NCBI GenBank assembly: GCA_965248835.1
Contig: CBDFLJ010000002.1
Location: 640,001 to 704,000 of the forward strand
DNA length: 64,000 bases
Direction of reading: 5' to 3'
DNA from: Alphaproteobacteria bacterium
Lineage (GTDB): Bacteria; Pseudomonadota; Alphaproteobacteria; MPNO01
The position numbers and the translations under genes are program-made. Shown in pieces: positions 61,155 through 64,000 of this stretch (its first letter is position 1; each line of letters opens with the position of its first letter). A model generated the notes under the pieces. It searched no databases and had not been told where the DNA came from. It saw only the letters and a list, made by a program, of their open reading frames with translations.

Positions 61155-61881
61155 GCCGTGAAGTAAGCTCTCGTAACCTCCAGCGATGGACAATCCCTTC
61201 GGTTATTTCAACAGCTCGCCCGAGGTAATCCGCCTCGCGGTGATGACGTATATCCGCTATCCGCTGTCGTTGCGGCGGGTCGAAGACATTCTTTTCGAAC
61301 GAGGTATCGACATTTGCCACGAGACCGAGCGGTACTGGTGGAACCGCTTTGGCCCCGTGTTTGCCGCCGAGATCCGGAAACGCCGCGTTCGTAATGGATC
61401 CTATTCGCTGTGGTGCTGGCATCTTGATGAGGTGTTCGTCCGCATCAACGGTGAGACACATTATCTATGGCGTGCCGTTGACCATGAAGGCGAAGTCCTT
61501 GAGGTTTTTGCCACGAAACGGCGGGACCGCGAAGCCGCGCTCAGGTTTCTGAAGCGGGCTATGAAGCGCTATGGCCGGCCGGCCACGATCGTCACGGACA
61601 GGCTACAATCATACCGGGCAGCGATGGAGGTGATCGGCAACGAGGGCAGCCGGGAGGACAGGCGTTGGCTCAACAACCGGGCAGAAAACTCACATCGACC
61701 CTTCCGACGACGGGAACGCGCAATGGCCAAATTCAGGGACGTAAAAACTCTGCAGAAATTCGCCTCCGTCGATGCCTCGGTCCACAACCATTTCAACCAC
61801 CAACGCCATCTCAACCGCCGCGACATTTTCAAACAAGACCGGGCTGCTGCGCTGGCCGAGTAGAGGCAACTTGCAGCCTAA
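61129..61881 (+). mobile_element. IS6-family element, interrupted by IS5 at its 3' end (transposase 61186-61863)
   Basis: End GGCACTGTCAGA; WHLDEVFV, YLWRAVD, IVTD, NNRAENSH; TAG at 61861 probably premature. Confidence 0.88.
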
Positions 61882-62641
61882 GAGCCGATCCGGAAAGTTT
61901 GAATCTATGGTGAGTGTGTTGCGGCGAGTCTGCGCAGCATGATGCGGATCATGGCGAGTCGGATGAAGGCGACGACGGATCGAACGTGACGTTCGAAGTC
62001 GCGAGCGAGGCGCCTGTTGCGGCTGATCCAGGCGAAGGTGCGTTCGACAATCCAACGCTTTGGCAGCACCTCGAAGCGGGGCACGTCGTTGCGCTTGACG
62101 ATCTCGAGCCGCCACCCCCCGGTCTTGGCGACAGTCGCGGCCATCTTCGGTCCCTGATAGCCGCCGTCGGCGTAGATCACCTCGATGAATGGGAACCGTC
62201 GCCGGGTGCGGCGCAAGAGCTCGTGGGCACCGTCGCGATCCTGAACGTCGCCGGAATGCACCACGATGCCCAGCATCAGGCCGAGCGTGTCGACCATGAT
62301 GTGCCGCTTGCGACCGGTGACCTTCTTGCCCGCATCGAAGCCTTGATCGTCGATCGACGCCCCCCTTTTTGCGCCGCCTTGGCGCTCTGGCTGTCGATGA
62401 CCGCGGCCGACGGGCTGGCTTCGCGTCCTTCCTCATCGCGCACCGCGACGTAGAGTTCATGATGGATCCGCTCCAGCGTGCCATCCCACTCCCATAGATC
62501 GAAATAGTCGTACACCGTCGACTTCGGCGGCAGATCCTTGGGCAGTGCATTCCACTGGCAGCCCGTGGACAGCACGGTGAAGATGCCGTTCAGAACCTCG
62601 CGCACGTCGACTGAGCGCTTGCGCCCGCCGCGCTTGGCAGG
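61882..62641 (-). mobile_element. IS5-family (IS1031/IS427-like) element, interrupted by IS256
   Basis: TGCQW.ALPKDLPP.STVY, IDSQS, KRHIMVDTLG, RWIVERTFAW; frameshift at A5G6 run; TAA flank. Confidence 0.85.
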
Positions 62642-64000
62642 GAGCTATAGCCGAATCTTGGTGACGGCTTGGGTCAGGCGGCGGCTTGAGGTTGTTGCCT
62701 GACGGCTTCGATTCCGTCGATGAACTTTACGCCGACGATCGGCTTGGGCAACTGGTTGTGTCCGTCGAGGCGGCGCCAACTGTTCTGTGCCGCCTGGGCG
62801 AGTTTGAAGACCATGGCGAGCGCCGTCTTGTTGGAGAGGCATCCCTTGGATCGCACGGTACGGTGTCGCACGGTGGCGAATGTGCTTTCGATGGGGTTGG
62901 TGGTGCGCAGATGCTTCCAATGCTCGGCGGGAAAGTCGTAGAACGCCAGCATCGTCTCGCGATCCTTGACCAGGCATGCGGCCGCCTTGTCGTACTTGAC
63001 GGCGTAGGTCTCGATGAAGGCGTCGAAGGCGCTGTCTGCGTCGTTCCTGGTCTCGGCCATCCAGATCTCCTGGAGAGCACGCTTTGCCTTCGAGTGCTGG
63101 CTCTTGGGCAGCTTGTTGAGCATGTTGGCGGTCTTGTGCACCCAACAGCGCTGGCTGCGGGTCCGGGGCCACACTTCCTCGATCGCCTTCCAGAAGCCGA
63201 GCGCGCCGTCGGCGATGGCGAGTTCGGGCGCGACCGCGAGCCCGCGCCGTTTGAGGTCAAGTAGCAGCTCGCGCCACGATTGGGCGCTCTCGCGCACCCC
63301 GTCGACGAGGCCTACGAGTTCCTTCTTACCCTCCGGCGTCGCGCCGATGATGACCAGCAGGCATTGCGCATCGTCCTCGAGCCGGGCCTGCACATGGATG
63401 CCGTCGGCCCAGAAGTAGACATAGTGCCTGGCCGACAGATCCCGCTTCAGCCAGTGCGCGTGCTCGTCCGCCCAAACCTCGGTGAGCCGCGCCACGGTCG
63501 AGGCCGACAAGCCGCCGGCGTCCGGCCCGAGCAAGGCCGCCAGCGCCTCGGCGAAGTCGCCCGTGGAGATGCCCTTGAGGTAGAGGACGGGGATCAGGAC
63601 TTCGAGGCTCTTCGAGCGCCGCGCATAAGGCGGCAGGAGCGCGGAGCTGAACCGGATGCGGTCGGCGCCCAGGCCCGTGCGGTCGCGAACGCGTGGCGCG
63701 CGAACCGCAACCGGGCCGATGCCGGTCATGATCTCGCGTTCGGGCAGGTGGCCGTGGCGCACCAGCCGTCGGCGGCCTTCTTCGGTGCGCGCCTCGGAGT
63801 GGCCATCAAGGAACGCGGCAACCTCCGCCTCGACCGCCCGCGCCAGCAGGGACCGGGCGCCGCTGCGCAGCACCTCGGTCAACGGATCGGAAAACGTCGA
63901 TGGCTGGGAAAGCTTCAAAACGTTATTGTCGCTCACGGCGTATCACTCCTTCGTTGGAGAGGTGGAGGCTCGATCACCCCCACGATACGCCGCCTTAACC
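62642..64000 (-). mobile_element. IS256-family element (5' end beyond window)
   Basis: End GAGCTATAGCCGAATCTT breaks the IS5 ORF; intact transposase. Confidence 0.88.
62674..63936 (-). CDS. IS256 transposase
   Basis: YFWADG, IADGALGFW, QRCWVHK, RTTNPIES. Confidence 0.92.
   Translation of the reverse strand: MSDNNVLKLSQPSTFSDPLTEVLRSGARSLLARAVEAEVAAFLDGHSEARTEEGRRRLVRHGHLPEREIMTGIGPVAVRAPRVRDRTGLGADRIRFSSALLPPYARRSKSLEVLIPVLYLKGISTGDFAEALAALLGPDAGGLSASTVARLTEVWADEHAHWLKRDLSARHYVYFWADGIHVQARLEDDAQCLLVIIGATPEGKKELVGLVDGVRESAQSWRELLLDLKRRGLAVAPELAIADGALGFWKAIEEVWPRTRSQRCWVHKTANMLNKLPKSQHSKAKRALQEIWMAETRNDADSAFDAFIETYAVKYDKAAACLVKDRETMLAFYDFPAEHWKHLRTTNPIESTFATVRHRTVRSKGCLSNKTALAMVFKLAQAAQNSWRRLDGHNQLPKPIVGVKFIDGIEAVRQQPQAAA

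Noticed and set aside
1-64000. CRISPR array, tRNA, rRNA
   Set aside because: No regularly spaced repeats or recognisable structural RNA genes seen by eye

Overview
GC-rich window, probably alphaproteobacterial (inferred from gene style). Most of it (about 11.3-61 kb) is a Wzx/Wzy-type surface-polysaccharide locus: O-antigen-ligase-like protein, phosphatase, outer-membrane beta-barrel, short OPX/Wza, Wzc, ManC, Wzx, Wzy-like protein, GT2/GT4 enzymes, two AsnB-like amidotransferases and seven methyltransferases. It is broken up by IS630, IS3, IS481, IS91-like, IS1380, IS110, IS256, IS1595, IS5 and IS6 elements or remnants. Main points of interest: (1) an uncharacterised convergent module (class II aldolase, double BcbE-like nucleotidyltransferase, GtrA, HAD, GT-C::phosphoribulokinase/uridine-kinase fusion, PLC/GDPD-like enzyme, GT2, membrane protein) that looks like a lipid-carrier pathway for adding a ketose/pentulose side branch; (2) 20-23 nt CTTGA...TCAAG hairpin micro-insertions inside transposase genes; (3) a truncated YydG/EpeE-like radical SAM gene coupled to a heme-oxygenase-like diiron enzyme gene; (4) an IS1380 one-ended transposition unit that carries a methyltransferase into gtrA, with a 5-bp TSD; (5) an IS91-like integrase+Y2 element joined twice to the same IS630 left-end site. 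No rRNA, tRNA or CRISPR array was seen. Family assignments come from motif recognition by eye, not from database searches.
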